54,223 bases of DNA. It comes from a bacterium. GTDB lineage: Bacteria > UBP15 > UBA6099 > JAJRTR01. How positions within the stretch are numbered: position 1 is the stretch's first letter; each line of letters opens with the position of its first letter. The notes beneath the pieces are model-generated. The model did no database searches. It was not told where the DNA came from and saw nothing but the letters and a program-made list of their open reading frames with translations. Shown here one piece after another: positions 39,931 through 50,266 of this stretch. Location of the stretch: positions 1-54,223 of the forward strand of contig JAJRTR010000026.1 in the NCBI GenBank assembly GCA_024278215.1, given 5' to 3'. The translations under genes were made by a program, and so were the position numbers.

Positions 39931-42900
39931 TCATTCGGAGAGAATGAGAGTGCAGGCGCTGTGGGCGCGCAGGTAATAGCCTTTCCATGACAGCAACTCG
40001 CCGCCGATGGGAACGGGTGAGTATTTACGTCCGTCATACATGTAGATAGCGGGATCGAGTATGCGGCTGTCGGCTGCCTGACCAAGGGTGAGTGTCGCGC
40101 CATCGCATTCGAGTTGGATGTTATCGCTCCATGCTATCGACTTGGCGTATGGATTCCCGATGAGGTTCCAGCCGGCGGCGAGTGGGACGTTTATTGCGAT
40201 GCCGTCCTGCGCGGGAATACCCTCGATATCTATTTCGGTGTTGTCGGACACGTAGACCCAGTAGCCAAAACCGGTTTCTATGTCTGCGTCGGCTGCTGCG
40301 TAGTAGTTCCCGTCGTAGAACTGGTAGACGTTCATAAGGGGAAGATCGTCGCCGAGCTGTTCGAGAGCCGAGGTTACGAGCGGATCGACCGGTACGGAGA
40401 TGAGGTTCCAGCCGGGCTGGAGAGTGTGTGTGACGACGAGCGGGTCGGAGAAAAGGGCGAGCACCTCAATTCTGAAATTATCGGCGGAAACATCGCCGCC
40501 GGCTGGCCGGTAGGTATAGCTGCACTGCGCGGCCATGTTTATGCTGGTGGCGGTGTTGATGTGAACGAGAGTGAAAGAATAGCGCTCGACAGGTATCGAG
40601 CCACAATCCCAGCGCAGAGTGACAGTGCCGGAATCGGCGTTAGTGACGACATTGAAAAGCCATTTTTCGACATTGTATGAATCAGCCGGTGGCCGGATGT
40701 CGTTGGCGTATCTGCCCGCGAGGCGGTGCCAGTCGTCGTGATCGAAATAGAGAGAGATATAGCCTCTGGCGGGTGATTTGTGGGGTTCGGGAAAGTCGAG
40801 GGGATCGAAGTCACGAGCCGCCTCGCTCGACGCGCCGAAGTAGTTGTCCATATCGGCGAAGCCCCCTGCGTAAGCTGAAATCCTTATGTTGTACTCGAAA
40901 GACCTGCGCAGCAGCCGCGACGATATTCGCATCAGTGATGCTGCCGATGGATCGAAAACGAGATCGACATCCTTATATGCCCTGATGCTGTAGCCCGTTT
41001 CAATCTCCATGCTGTCCGAGGCATCGTGCTGTGTCCATGATTTCGCGGTGGTGTCGTACGACGTTATCTTGTCGGCGATGAGGCCAAGGTCCACGGCATC
41101 GGCGAGATTGTATGTGGTGCCGTTGTAGCGAACCTGCACCTGGCCCCACGGGAAATTCTTCATAAAGGGGGTTCCGACCTGATTCCAGCCTTCATATATC
41201 CGCATCGTATATTCTGAAGTCGTATCGGCAACCGATCCGCTGTAGGAATACTTGAGGTCTTCGTTATAAGTCTTTATCCAGAACGCTTCGCCTGCCTTGA
41301 GACTCGAAGGATATTCGTATCTGCCGAGGTACTGGTCATAGTCCGACTTGTTGGGATTCCACCTGTAGACTTTATAAATGTTTTTGGTGCCGAACATGGA
41401 AAGGGGGTCGGAAGGCGACGGATTTATGGGTGTCGACAGCAGGTGCCAGTAGTGGTAATCGAGAGTGCCGCTGACGGTCGGCGTGTTGTCTATGTTGATG
41501 GTGACAGTGGTTTCGGACGAGTTTGAATTTGTGTCGACGGCGCTGAGTTTGAGAGTGTAGAGACCGGAGAGTGCGGAGGAATCCCAGGAATAAATGGTTG
41601 TGTTGTTGATATTGAAAGTGCCCGAGGCGAAGGCGAGCCAGATTGAAGGGTTCGTGCCCGCGCCGTAGGAGAGAGTCCACGAGTCGAGAGAGAAATCGTC
41701 GATGGTGCCGGAGATATTGAAAGAGCCGGCGACAGTTTCGCCGCTAGCCGGGTATGTAATCGAGACGACCGGAACGCCGGTGTCGGTCAGGACGAATTCA
41801 TCCTCTGAAGTTGACCAATCGCCGCGCATGAAAGTCGAGTCGACCGCACGGACATTCCAGTAATAATGGCCGCCGGGAGGATTGATAGTCAGAGAAGTGC
41901 CGGTAACAAGGTTACCGATGCCCGCTGCGAGGTAGGGTGACGCGCCCGTGGCGGGGAAGGTGCCGCAGTAGAGTTCACAACCGCCCTGTGTGGTGCCGAT
42001 GCGTACGTCGTAAGTTATAAGATCGGTGTCGGTAGTTTCGTCGTCGGAGGCGGCTGACCAATCGAGAGTAACGGCAACCTTTCCGGAAGTGACGATATCC
42101 GGTTCGTCTGACAGGACGATAGTGGAAGGCGGATTATTAGTGAAGTTGAGATTATTTATCCATATTGTATTTGGTTCGCCCTCGCCGGTGTTGAGAGGAT
42201 CGCCGCTGTTGGCTTCGATCAAATCCTGATCGCCGTCGTTGTCGACATCGGCAGCGTGAATAGAGAGCGTGAAAGTGTCGCCGAGCAGCTGGCTTGTGTC
42301 GACAAAGGTGCCTGCGCCGTCGTTGAGCCAGACTTTATCCGGCTGCCCCTCGGTGTTGCCTGCGATGAAATCGTAATCGCCGTCGCCTTCGACATCAATC
42401 CGGCACAGTGCGATGGTTTTTCGCGAGCCGAGTTGCTGACCGGTGTCGGAGAAGGAGCCTGCGCCGTCGTTGAGCCAGACAGTATTGGGTTCGTCGTCGT
42501 AATTGCCCGCGATATAGTCGAGGTCTCTGTCGCCGTCGATGTCCATGAGAAGCCCGGAGAGAGTCGGTTCGTTGCCGAGCGACTGTCCCGAATCGGAGAA
42601 AACGCCGTTGCCGTCGTTGAGCCATACGACATCCGGCTGGTCCCTGTTGGACTCGACGAAATCGGCGTCGCCGTCGCCGTCGAGGTCGCCCGCGGAGATG
42701 TGCCATGTAGTACTGTTGCCGAGTTCCTGTGTAACAGTCGCGAATATGCCGTTTCCGTCGTTTATCCAGAGGCGGTCGGGCTCGTTCCTGTTGCCGCAGA
42801 TGAAGTCCATGTCGCCGTCGCCGTCGATGTCTGCGATGTCCATGCCGAAAGTGTAAAAGCTGCCGAGCGACTGCATACTGTCGGTGAAGACGGCGTTGCC

Positions 42901-45900
42901 GTCGTTGAGCCAGATATTATGGTCCTGGACATTGCCCGCGACGAAATCGAGGTCGCCGTCGCCGTCGACATCGAGAGCGAAAGCTATGCGGGTCCATGTT
43001 TTTTCAAAACGTGCGGTGAGCAACTGTCCCGAATCGGAAAAAGAGCCGGAACCGTTGTTGAGCCATATCCTGCTGGGCTCGCCGAAGTACACGCCTTCGA
43101 TAAAGTCGAGGTCGCCGTCGCTGTCGAGGTCGGCCGCCGGAGTTGAATAAGTACCGTAGCTGCCGAGCGACTGACCAGAATCGGTGAATACCGGCATGAC
43201 AACGAAAGAATCCTCTGCGCTCCACGCGCTGCGTTTATAAGTAGGATCGACGGTTCTGGCAGACCAGAAATAAGTGCCTGCCGTCAGGTCGGATTTCCAG
43301 CTATTGGAGAAACCTACTGTGCCGGGTCCGGCGATGAGGCCGGGGCTGTCGCCCTCGGAAGGGAAAAAACCGCAATAGACTTCGCAGCCACCGCTGGACG
43401 TGCCGATGCGAATGTCGTAGGTCATAAGGTCTGTATCCAGTGTTTCCGGGTCTGAGCCGGGGGCCCAGTTTAGAATGGTGCCGGGGCGCTCGAATGTCCA
43501 TACATCCGGTGCGGCAACTGGCGTTGGCGCGGACGGTGCGCTGTTGGCGCTGTCGATATCATTGAAATATATGCGGTTGCCGTCGATACTATTGCCTTCG
43601 ATGAAATCTAGGTCGCCGTCGCCGTCGAGGTCGGCAGCGGATACGGAAACCGTATCTTCCGCGCCGATGAACTCGGCGGTGCCTTCGAAAAAGCCATTTC
43701 CGTCGTTGAGATAAATCCTGTCCGGCGCGCCGCCGCCGTTTCCGACGATGAAATCGTAATCGCCGTCGGCGTCGAGGTCGGCGGCGAAAAGGCTCGTGCT
43801 GTTTGCCGAGCCGAGCCGCTGGCCTGTGTCGGTGAAGTTGCCGTCGCCGTCGTTTACCCATACGTAATTCGGCTCGCTGTCGTAATCGGCTTCCATGAAA
43901 TCCGAGTCACCGTCGGCGTCGATGTCGGCAGCGAATACAAAAAGAGTGGAATTCGTACCGAGGCTCTGTCCCGAATCGGAGAAAGTCCCGCGACCGTTGT
44001 TGAGCCATACGCGGTTACCCTGAAGCCTGTTGCCCGCGATAAAATCGGGGTCGCCGTCGAGATCGACATCGACGGAGTGAATGGAATAAGTCGTGTATGA
44101 GCCGAGTTCCTGGCCGCTGTCGGAGAAATTGCCGTCGCCGTCGTTGATCCAGACTTTGTTCGCGCCGCCATTGTTCGCTGTATCTTTGTTCGCGTCGATG
44201 AAGTCGATATCGCCGTCGACATCCACATCGACGGCGTCGATGCTGAAGGTTGTCAGGTCGCCGAGGCGCTGTCCCGAATCGGTGAAGCCGAGAGTTCCGC
44301 TGTTGAGGCTCCTGCGTTCGGCGGACGGTGCAGATATAAAGTTGTTGATCCATACATAGTTCGAAGAAATGTTTCCGGCGATGATGTCCATGTCGCCGTC
44401 TCCGTCGACATCGGCGGCGTAAGAAGACCGTGTGCTTTCGCTTCCGAGCGATTGCGACAGGGCAAAAGAGCCGGTGCCGTCATTGGTCCATATAGTGTTT
44501 GCCTGGCTATTGTAATTGCTTGCGATAAAATCGTAGTCGCCGTCAGCGTCGAGGTCCGCCACGTGGATGTCGATAGTCTCCATATCGCTCAATGACAAAC
44601 CGGCGTCGGAATAGTTATAGACGGGTTTAACATCGAAGCTGTCCTCAGCGCTCCACGCGCTGCGTCTGAAAGTCGCGTCCACTGTGCGCACCGACCAGTA
44701 ATAAGAGCCTTCAGGCAAGTCGATAATATGAGAAATCCCGCTTCCGGAATTGCCGGGTCCTGTTCCGGACCAGTAGACAGCGCCGGTCGCGGTGAAGCTG
44801 CCGCAGAATATTTCGCAACCCTCGCTTGTCGTGCCTATGCGTATGTCATAAGTCAGCAGGTCGGAATCGGTGGTTTCCGCGTCGCTACCGGCAGACCATG
44901 TGAGCACGGCGTTGGGCCTGTCGAGAGTCCACAGTTCGTGAACGGCGGTGAGCAGTGGCGCCGCCGGTACCGTGTTCGTGTTCGACAGGTTGTAAATCCA
45001 GACACTGTCGGCAGCGCCGTAGTTGCCCTGTATAAAATCGACATCGTTGTCGTTATCCAGATCGGCGGCCGCAATAGTCGTAGTATCGGAATCGCCCATC
45101 GTCAGTCCTGAATCAGTGAATACGCCCGCGCCGTCATTTTTCCAGTACTTATCCGCGCCGCCGCCGTTGTTGCCTTCGATAAAGTCATAGTCGCCATCGC
45201 CGTCCGCGTCGAACGCAAAGACGGAATAGGTCTTATCCGACCCGAGCGACTGCCCTGAATCCGAAAAAGAGCCCGCGCCGTCGTTTGTCCATATCGCGGT
45301 CGCCTGGTTGTAGTTGCCTTCGATGAAATCAGCATCGCCGTCGCCGTCAACATCGACGGCATAGATATCGAAAGTCGTATTCGAGCCGAGGCTCTCGCCG
45401 CTGTCTGTGAAAACACCGTCGCTGTCGTTGAGCAGGATTGCGACAGGTTCGTCCCTGTTGCCCTCGATCAGGTCGGTGTCGCCGTCGCCGTCAACATCCG
45501 TGAGGTCGATCGAGTATGTCGTGCCGCTTCCGACATCCCGGCCCGAATCGGTGAATGTTGCGCTTCCGTCATTAAGCCACAGGGTGCCGGCGCCGTCCCT
45601 GTTGCTGTCGAGAAGGTCGATGTCGCCGTCGGCGTCGAGGTCCGCGGCCTTTATCGAGTATGTCGTATTGTTGCCGAGGGATTGTCCTGAATCAGTGAAT
45701 GAACCGGAATTGTCGTTCAGCCATATAATGTTGCCGCCGACAGCGCCGGAAACGAGGTCGATGTCGCCGTCGCTGTCAAGGTCGGCAGCGACGACGGAGC
45801 GCGTCTGCGACGAACCGAGAGACTGCGAGAGGGCGAAAGCGCCGCTGCCGTCGTTTATCCAGACGTCGTCTGCCCCGGATGAGTAGTTTCCTTCGAAGAA

Positions 45901-46020
45901 ATCAATGTCGCCGTCGCTGTCAAGATCGGCAGTGACGATGGAAAGCGTATCGCCGGAACCGAGCAGCGCGCCGGAGTCTGAAAAATCGGTTTTAATCGTG
46001 AAATCGTCTACAGCGCTCCA
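39931..46020 (-). CDS. C-terminal part of the giant FG-GAP protein (3 modules + Ig + GWN-repeat region); no start codon until 45099
   Basis: Open frame continues WSAVDDFTIKTDFSDSG...; the ATG at 45099 falls mid-blade with no signal peptide. Confidence 0.8.
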   Translation of the reverse strand, partial: WSAVDDFTIKTDFSDSGALLGSGDTLSIVTADLDSDGDIDFFEGNYSSGADDVWINDGSGAFALSQSLGSSQTRSVVAADLDSDGDIDLVSGAVGGNIIWLNDNSGSFTDSGQSLGNNTTYSIKAADLDADGDIDLLDSNRDGAGTLWLNDGSATFTDSGRDVGSGTTYSIDLTDVDGDGDTDLIEGNRDEPVAILLNDSDGVFTDSGESLGSNTTFDIYAVDVDGDGDADFIEGNYNQATAIWTNDGAGSFSDSGQSLGSDKTYSVFAFDADGDGDYDFIEGNNGGGADKYWKNDGAGVFTDSGLTMGDSDTTTIAAADLDNDNDVDFIQGNYGAADSVWIYNLSNTNTVPAAPLLTAVHELWTLDRPNAVLTWSAGSDAETTDSDLLTYDIRIGTTSEGCEIFCGSFTATGAVYWSGTGPGNSGSGISHIIDLPEGSYYWSVRTVDATFRRSAWSAEDSFDVKPVYNYSDAGLSLSDMETIDIHVADLDADGDYDFIASNYNSQANTIWTNDGTGSFALSQSLGSESTRSSYAADVDGDGDMDIIAGNISSNYVWINNFISAPSAERRSLNSGTLGFTDSGQRLGDLTTFSIDAVDVDVDGDIDFIDANKDTANNGGANKVWINDGDGNFSDSGQELGSYTTYSIHSVDVDLDGDPDFIAGNRLQGNRVWLNNGRGTFSDSGQSLGTNSTLFVFAADIDADGDSDFMEADYDSEPNYVWVNDGDGNFTDTGQRLGSANSTSLFAADLDADGDYDFIVGNGGGAPDRIYLNDGNGFFEGTAEFIGAEDTVSVSAADLDGDGDLDFIEGNSIDGNRIYFNDIDSANSAPSAPTPVAAPDVWTFERPGTILNWAPGSDPETLDTDLMTYDIRIGTSSGGCEVYCGFFPSEGDSPGLIAGPGTVGFSNSWKSDLTAGTYFWSARTVDPTYKRSAWSAEDSFVVMPVFTDSGQSLGSYGTYSTPAADLDSDGDLDFIEGVYFGEPSRIWLNNGSGSFSDSGQLLTARFEKTWTRIAFALDVDGDGDLDFVAGNVQDHNIWLNDGNAVFTDSMQSLGSFYTFGMDIADIDGDGDMDFICGNRNEPDRLWINDGNGIFATVTQELGNSTTWHISAGDLDGDGDADFVESNRDQPDVVWLNDGNGVFSDSGQSLGNEPTLSGLLMDIDGDRDLDYIAGNYDDEPNTVWLNDGAGSFSDTGQQLGSRKTIALCRIDVEGDGDYDFIAGNTEGQPDKVWLNDGAGTFVDTSQLLGDTFTLSIHAADVDNDGDQDLIEANSGDPLNTGEGEPNTIWINNLNFTNNPPSTIVLSDEPDIVTSGKVAVTLDWSAASDDETTDTDLITYDVRIGTTQGGCELYCGTFPATGASPYLAAGIGNLVTGTSLTINPPGGHYYWNVRAVDSTFMRGDWSTSEDEFVLTDTGVPVVSITYPASGETVAGSFNISGTIDDFSLDSWTLSYGAGTNPSIWLAFASGTFNINNTTIYSWDSSALSGLYTLKLSAVDTNSNSSETTVTINIDNTPTVSGTLDYHYWHLLSTPINPSPSDPLSMFGTKNIYKVYRWNPNKSDYDQYLGRYEYPSSLKAGEAFWIKTYNEDLKYSYSGSVADTTSEYTMRIYEGWNQVGTPFMKNFPWGQVQVRYNGTTYNLADAVDLGLIADKITSYDTTAKSWTQHDASDSMEIETGYSIRAYKDVDLVFDPSAASLMRISSRLLRRSFEYNIRISAYAGGFADMDNYFGASSEAARDFDPLDFPEPHKSPARGYISLYFDHDDWHRLAGRYANDIRPPADSYNVEKWLFNVVTNADSGTVTLRWDCGSIPVERYSFTLVHINTATSINMAAQCSYTYRPAGGDVSADNFRIEVLALFSDPLVVTHTLQPGWNLISVPVDPLVTSALEQLGDDLPLMNVYQFYDGNYYAAADADIETGFGYWVYVSDNTEIDIEGIPAQDGIAINVPLAAGWNLIGNPYAKSIAWSDNIQLECDGATLTLGQAADSRILDPAIYMYDGRKYSPVPIGGELLSWKGYYLRAHSACTLILSE

Positions 46021-49000
46021 CTAGCTTCGTGTATAAGTTGCATCTACAGTGCGGACAGACCAGTAATAGGTGTCTGCGCCGAGCGTAACTGTGTAGGAGG
46101 TCGTCGCGCCGGTGACGCCTGGTGCTGAAGCAGCGAAGGGCGATTCACCGTATGAAGGGAAATATCCGCAGAATACTTCGCAGCCGCCGCTTGTCGTGCC
46201 AAGCCGGATGTCATAAGCCAGAAGGTCGGTGTCTGTAGTTTCCGCATCCGAACCGACCGACCATTCGAGCGTGACACCTGTGTAGGACGAGCCGGAGACT
46301 ACTATGTCGGGTTCGTCAATGGCGGCAGGCGCGACGGGTGCCGTGAGCGCCGGGTTTATGTTGTTGATCCATATCCTGTTGCCTTCTCCGTTGTTGTTCC
46401 CTTCGATGATGTCGAGGTCGTAGTCGCCGTCGATGTCCGCGGCAAATACGGAATAAGTCTGGTATGAACCGATGACGAGCCCGTAATCGGTGAAAGTTCC
46501 GGTGCCGTTATTCAGCCAGATCGAGTCGGATTGGCCTTCGCCGTTGCCGGAAATGAAATCGATGTCGCCGTCGCCGTCGATGTCGCCGCCGTAAACGGAG
46601 AAAGTTTTATTCGAGGCGAGCGTCTGTCCCGAGTCGGAGAAGTTGCCCATGCCGTCGTTGAGCCATATTCGGTTTGCCTGGTTGTAGTTGCCCTCGACGA
46701 AGTCCGGTGCCCCGTCGCCGTTGGCATCGAAAGCGAAAATCGAGAAGGTCGAATTCGAGGCGAGCGACTGCCCCGAATCGGAGAAGCTGCCCGCGCCGTC
46801 GTTGAGCCACACGATATCGGCGGCGTCGCGCACACCCTCGATCATGTCCGGGTCGCCGTCGCCGTCGATGTCTGCGAGTGATACGGAATAAGTTTTCGCG
46901 GTGCCGAGGCTCTGTCCGCTGTCGAAAAATGAGCCGTCGCCGTCATTTAGCCAAGCTGTTATCGCATCATCCTTGTTTCCGTTAATGATGTCGATGTCGC
47001 CGTCGCTGTCTATATCGACCGCCTTGATCGAGAATGTTACGTGTGAGTTGGAGCCGATCTGTTCACCTGTATCCGTGAATGATGCGCTGCCGTCATTTGC
47101 CCAGATGTTATTGTAGCCGACGATGCCGACGATTATGTCGAGATCGCCGTCCATGTCCGTGTCGGCAACGGTGACGGAGCGCGAATCGCTGCTTCCGAAA
47201 TTCTGCGTCGAAGCGAAAGTGCCCGTTCCGTCGTTGAGCCATACTGTATCCTGCTGCCCGGAACTGTTCGCATCAACAAGATCGAAATCGCCGTCACCGT
47301 CGAAGTCCGCGGAATACGCTTCCGCCGTGTTTTCCGAACCGAACGACTGTCCCGAATCGGTGAAATCCGCGGAGACAGTGAATGAATCTTCGGCGCTCCA
47401 CGCGCTTCTCATAAAACCCGGGTCGACAGTTCTGACCGACCAGTAATATGTGCCTGACCACAGTTCGATATCATGGGAAGTCGTCGAGCCCGTGTTGCCC
47501 GGTCCCGACGCACCCCACGGCACAGTTCCCGAGTATGGGAAGGTTCCGCAATAAACCTCGCAGCCTTCGCTTGTCGTACCGATGCGTATGTCATAAGAAA
47601 GGAGATCGGCGTCAGTAGTTTCAATGTCGGAACCGGCAGACCATTCGAGGTCGATGATGTAGAAAGAAGCGCCGGGGATATCGAAGTCGGGCTCGGCTGT
47701 GAGCAGAGGAGCGGTGGGTGCCGTATTCGTGTAATTGAGATTGTTTTGCCATATTCTGTTCGCCTCTCCCGAGTTGGCTTCGACGAGGTCGAGGTCGTCG
47801 TCGGAGTCAAGGGAGACAGCGATGAGCATGTTGGTCGAATAAGAGCCGAGCGCGTAGCCGGGGTCGGAAAAAACGCCCGCGCCGTCGTTCTCCCATATAA
47901 CATCTGACTGGCCTTCGCCATTGCCGGCGAAGAAATCGTAATCGCCGTCGCCGTCGTAGTCGGCCGGAAAAACAGAAAAAGTTTTTTGCGAGCCTAACGA
48001 CTGCCCGGAATCGGTAAAAACGCCAGCACCGTCGTTGAGCCACACGGCGTTTCCTTCGTTGTAGTTGCCCTCGATGAAGTCGTCGTTGCCGTCGCCGTCG
48101 ACATCCACTGCGAAAACGGTAAAAGTTGTGTTCGATCCGAGCGACTGACCCGAGTCGGAGAAGTTGCCGTCACCATCGTTGCTCCAGACAATATTCGCCG
48201 CTCCGCGCACGCCCTCGATCATGTCCGGGTCGCCGTCGTCGTCTACGTCCGCAAGGCTGATGGAATATGTTTTTGCTGTTCCGAGACTCTGACCGCTGTC
48301 CGAAAATGAACCCGCGCCGTCATTGAGCCAGACCACCATCGCGTCGTCTTTATTGCCGTTGACGATGTCGAAGTCACCATCGCTGTCCACATCCACCGCT
48401 CTGATAGCAAACGTAACATGTCCGTTGGAGCCGATCTGCGCCCCCGTATCCGTGAATGACGCGCCGCCGTCGTTCGACCAGATTTTATTGTAGCCTACGA
48501 TCCCTACGACTATGTCCAGGTCGCCGTCCATATCGGTGTCGGCCACGTCGACTGAACGCGAGTCCTCACTTCCGAAATCCTGCGCCGAAGTGAAAGTACC
48601 AGCGCCGTCGTTCAGCCATACAGTATCCTGTTGTCCCGAACTGTTCACTTCGACAATATCGAAGTCGCCATCCGCGTCGAGATCTGCGGAATATACCGCC
48701 GCCGTATTCCCGGAACCCAGTGTTTGTCCCGTATCCGAGAACCCTTTCACAACATTGAATGAATCCTCGGTACTCCAGGCACTTCGTTTATAAGTCGGGT
48801 CGGTCGTGCGCACAGACCAGTAATAAGTACCTTCCGAAAGTGAAATTACTTGAGAGACGCGGCTCCCGGAATTGCCGGGTCCGTTGCCGGAAGGAGACGT
48901 GCCGGAGGAAGGAAAACTACCGCAGAAGACATCGCAGGCACCGCTGGATGTGCCGATGCGGATGTCATAAGTCAGAAGGTCGGCATTTGATGTTTCAGCA

Positions 49001-50187
49001 TCCGAGGCGGTGGTCCACTCGAGTGTGACGGCTATTGTCGAACCAGGCAGGATAACGTCCGGTTCCGCGGTTAGAGAAGGCGCGGTCGGATTAGTATTCG
49101 GGTGATTCGTGTCGTTCATCCAGATAATATTCGACTGGCCTTCGGTATTTGCGGCTATTATGTCCAGGTCACCGCTGTTGTCGACGTCGGCAACTGCGAT
49201 TCCGAGTGTCTTTTTATTGCCGAGTGTCAATGTCGAATCCGTGAATGAGCCCGTACCGTCGTTCAGCCAGATAATGTTTGCAGCGTTGTAAACGCCCTCG
49301 ATAAAATCGCAGTCACCGTCGCCGTCCATGTCCGCAGCGGAAGATGAATATGTTTTCGCGGTGCCGAGCGATTGGCCTGTGTCTGTGAAAGTGCCTGTGC
49401 CGTCGTTTGTCCATATTCTATTGCCTTCGTTGTAGTTCCCCTCGATGAAATCAACGCTGCCGTCACCGTCCACATCGCAGGTGGCCATCGTGAAAAGTGT
49501 ACTCGTGCCGAGCGACTGTCCGCTGTCGGTGAAAGTCGCGGCACCGTCATTTATCCATATAATATTTCCCGCGCCTCTGATGCCTTCGATGATGTCTATA
49601 TCGCCGTCGCCGTCCACGTCCGCGTTTTTTACACTGTAGGTATTCGCCGCTGGCATCGTGTTCCCCGAGTCGGACATCGCGCCGGTTCCGTCGTTGAGCC
49701 ACACTTTGTTCGTGTCGTTTCTGTTGCCCTCGACAAGGTCTATATCACCGTCTCCGTCAAAGTCGGAAAGCGACAAGGAATATGAAAGATATGAGGCCGA
49801 ACCGATGCTCTGGCCCGAGTCGGTGAAAGACGCCGTGCCGTCATTTGTCCATATCCGGTTGTAGCCCTCGTCGCCGAAAACAAGATCGATGTCGCCGTCG
49901 TTGTCCAGGTCGGCTGCCGCGATTGATCTCGTTTTTTCCGCGCCCATGGACTGCGTGATGCTGAAACTACCTGCGCCGTCATTCAGCCACGCATTGTTCG
50001 CCTGTCCGCCGCCGAGATTTCCGTCGATAAAGTCAATATCGCCGTCGCCGTCGAGATCGACCGCGAACGCCGCGACACTGTCGTCCGTTCCGAGCGCCTG
50101 CCCGGAATCGCTGAATGAGAATGCCGCCGCAGCCGGTTTCGACGCCGCTATCATAAATAGGATTACTATTACCGATAACCTTTTCAT
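46021..50187 (-). CDS. N-terminal part of the giant FG-GAP protein (signal peptide + 3 propeller/FN3 modules)
   Basis: 21 DxDxDG-type blades and 3 YYWSVR-containing domains; ends at the TAG. Confidence 0.85.
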   Translation of the reverse strand: MKRLSVIVILFMIAASKPAAAAFSFSDSGQALGTDDSVAAFAVDLDGDGDIDFIDGNLGGGQANNAWLNDGAGSFSITQSMGAEKTRSIAAADLDNDGDIDLVFGDEGYNRIWTNDGTASFTDSGQSIGSASYLSYSLSLSDFDGDGDIDLVEGNRNDTNKVWLNDGTGAMSDSGNTMPAANTYSVKNADVDGDGDIDIIEGIRGAGNIIWINDGAATFTDSGQSLGTSTLFTMATCDVDGDGSVDFIEGNYNEGNRIWTNDGTGTFTDTGQSLGTAKTYSSSAADMDGDGDCDFIEGVYNAANIIWLNDGTGSFTDSTLTLGNKKTLGIAVADVDNSGDLDIIAANTEGQSNIIWMNDTNHPNTNPTAPSLTAEPDVILPGSTIAVTLEWTTASDAETSNADLLTYDIRIGTSSGACDVFCGSFPSSGTSPSGNGPGNSGSRVSQVISLSEGTYYWSVRTTDPTYKRSAWSTEDSFNVVKGFSDTGQTLGSGNTAAVYSADLDADGDFDIVEVNSSGQQDTVWLNDGAGTFTSAQDFGSEDSRSVDVADTDMDGDLDIVVGIVGYNKIWSNDGGASFTDTGAQIGSNGHVTFAIRAVDVDSDGDFDIVNGNKDDAMVVWLNDGAGSFSDSGQSLGTAKTYSISLADVDDDGDPDMIEGVRGAANIVWSNDGDGNFSDSGQSLGSNTTFTVFAVDVDGDGNDDFIEGNYNEGNAVWLNDGAGVFTDSGQSLGSQKTFSVFPADYDGDGDYDFFAGNGEGQSDVIWENDGAGVFSDPGYALGSYSTNMLIAVSLDSDDDLDLVEANSGEANRIWQNNLNYTNTAPTAPLLTAEPDFDIPGASFYIIDLEWSAGSDIETTDADLLSYDIRIGTTSEGCEVYCGTFPYSGTVPWGASGPGNTGSTTSHDIELWSGTYYWSVRTVDPGFMRSAWSAEDSFTVSADFTDSGQSFGSENTAEAYSADFDGDGDFDLVDANSSGQQDTVWLNDGTGTFASTQNFGSSDSRSVTVADTDMDGDLDIIVGIVGYNNIWANDGSASFTDTGEQIGSNSHVTFSIKAVDIDSDGDIDIINGNKDDAITAWLNDGDGSFFDSGQSLGTAKTYSVSLADIDGDGDPDMIEGVRDAADIVWLNDGAGSFSDSGQSLASNSTFSIFAFDANGDGAPDFVEGNYNQANRIWLNDGMGNFSDSGQTLASNKTFSVYGGDIDGDGDIDFISGNGEGQSDSIWLNNGTGTFTDYGLVIGSYQTYSVFAADIDGDYDLDIIEGNNNGEGNRIWINNINPALTAPVAPAAIDEPDIVVSGSSYTGVTLEWSVGSDAETTDTDLLAYDIRLGTTSGGCEVFCGYFPSYGESPFAASAPGVTGATTSYTVTLGADTYYWSVRTVDATYTRS

Positions 50188-50266
50188 TAACTCACCATCG
50201 TTTCCGTTCTGCCGCATTTCCGCTCAGTCGAAAGATATTCTGGCCCGCATTGATGAAATGTGCGGG

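Larger units (their letters stand above)
39931..50187 (-). pseudogene. Giant secreted FG-GAP/FN3-repeat surface protein (~3418 codons) interrupted by one in-frame TAG at 46021-46023 (nonsense allele, sequence error or readthrough)
   Basis: Manual translation of 46020-45100 is stop-free and in frame with both track ORFs. Signal peptide MKRLSVIVILFMIAASKPAAA; six modules of 7 DxDxDG blades + FN3-like domain; Ig-like domain; GWN-motif C-terminus. Confidence 0.8.

Noticed and set aside
39931-45099. Independent gene starting at ATG 45099
   Set aside because: The start is mid-blade with no signal peptide or RBS; the frame is open upstream to the TAG at 46021.
46021-46023. Genome-wide TAG reassignment (alternative genetic code)
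   Set aside because: valS, the sulfatase, thiL and the phosphatase end at TAG at their expected lengths.
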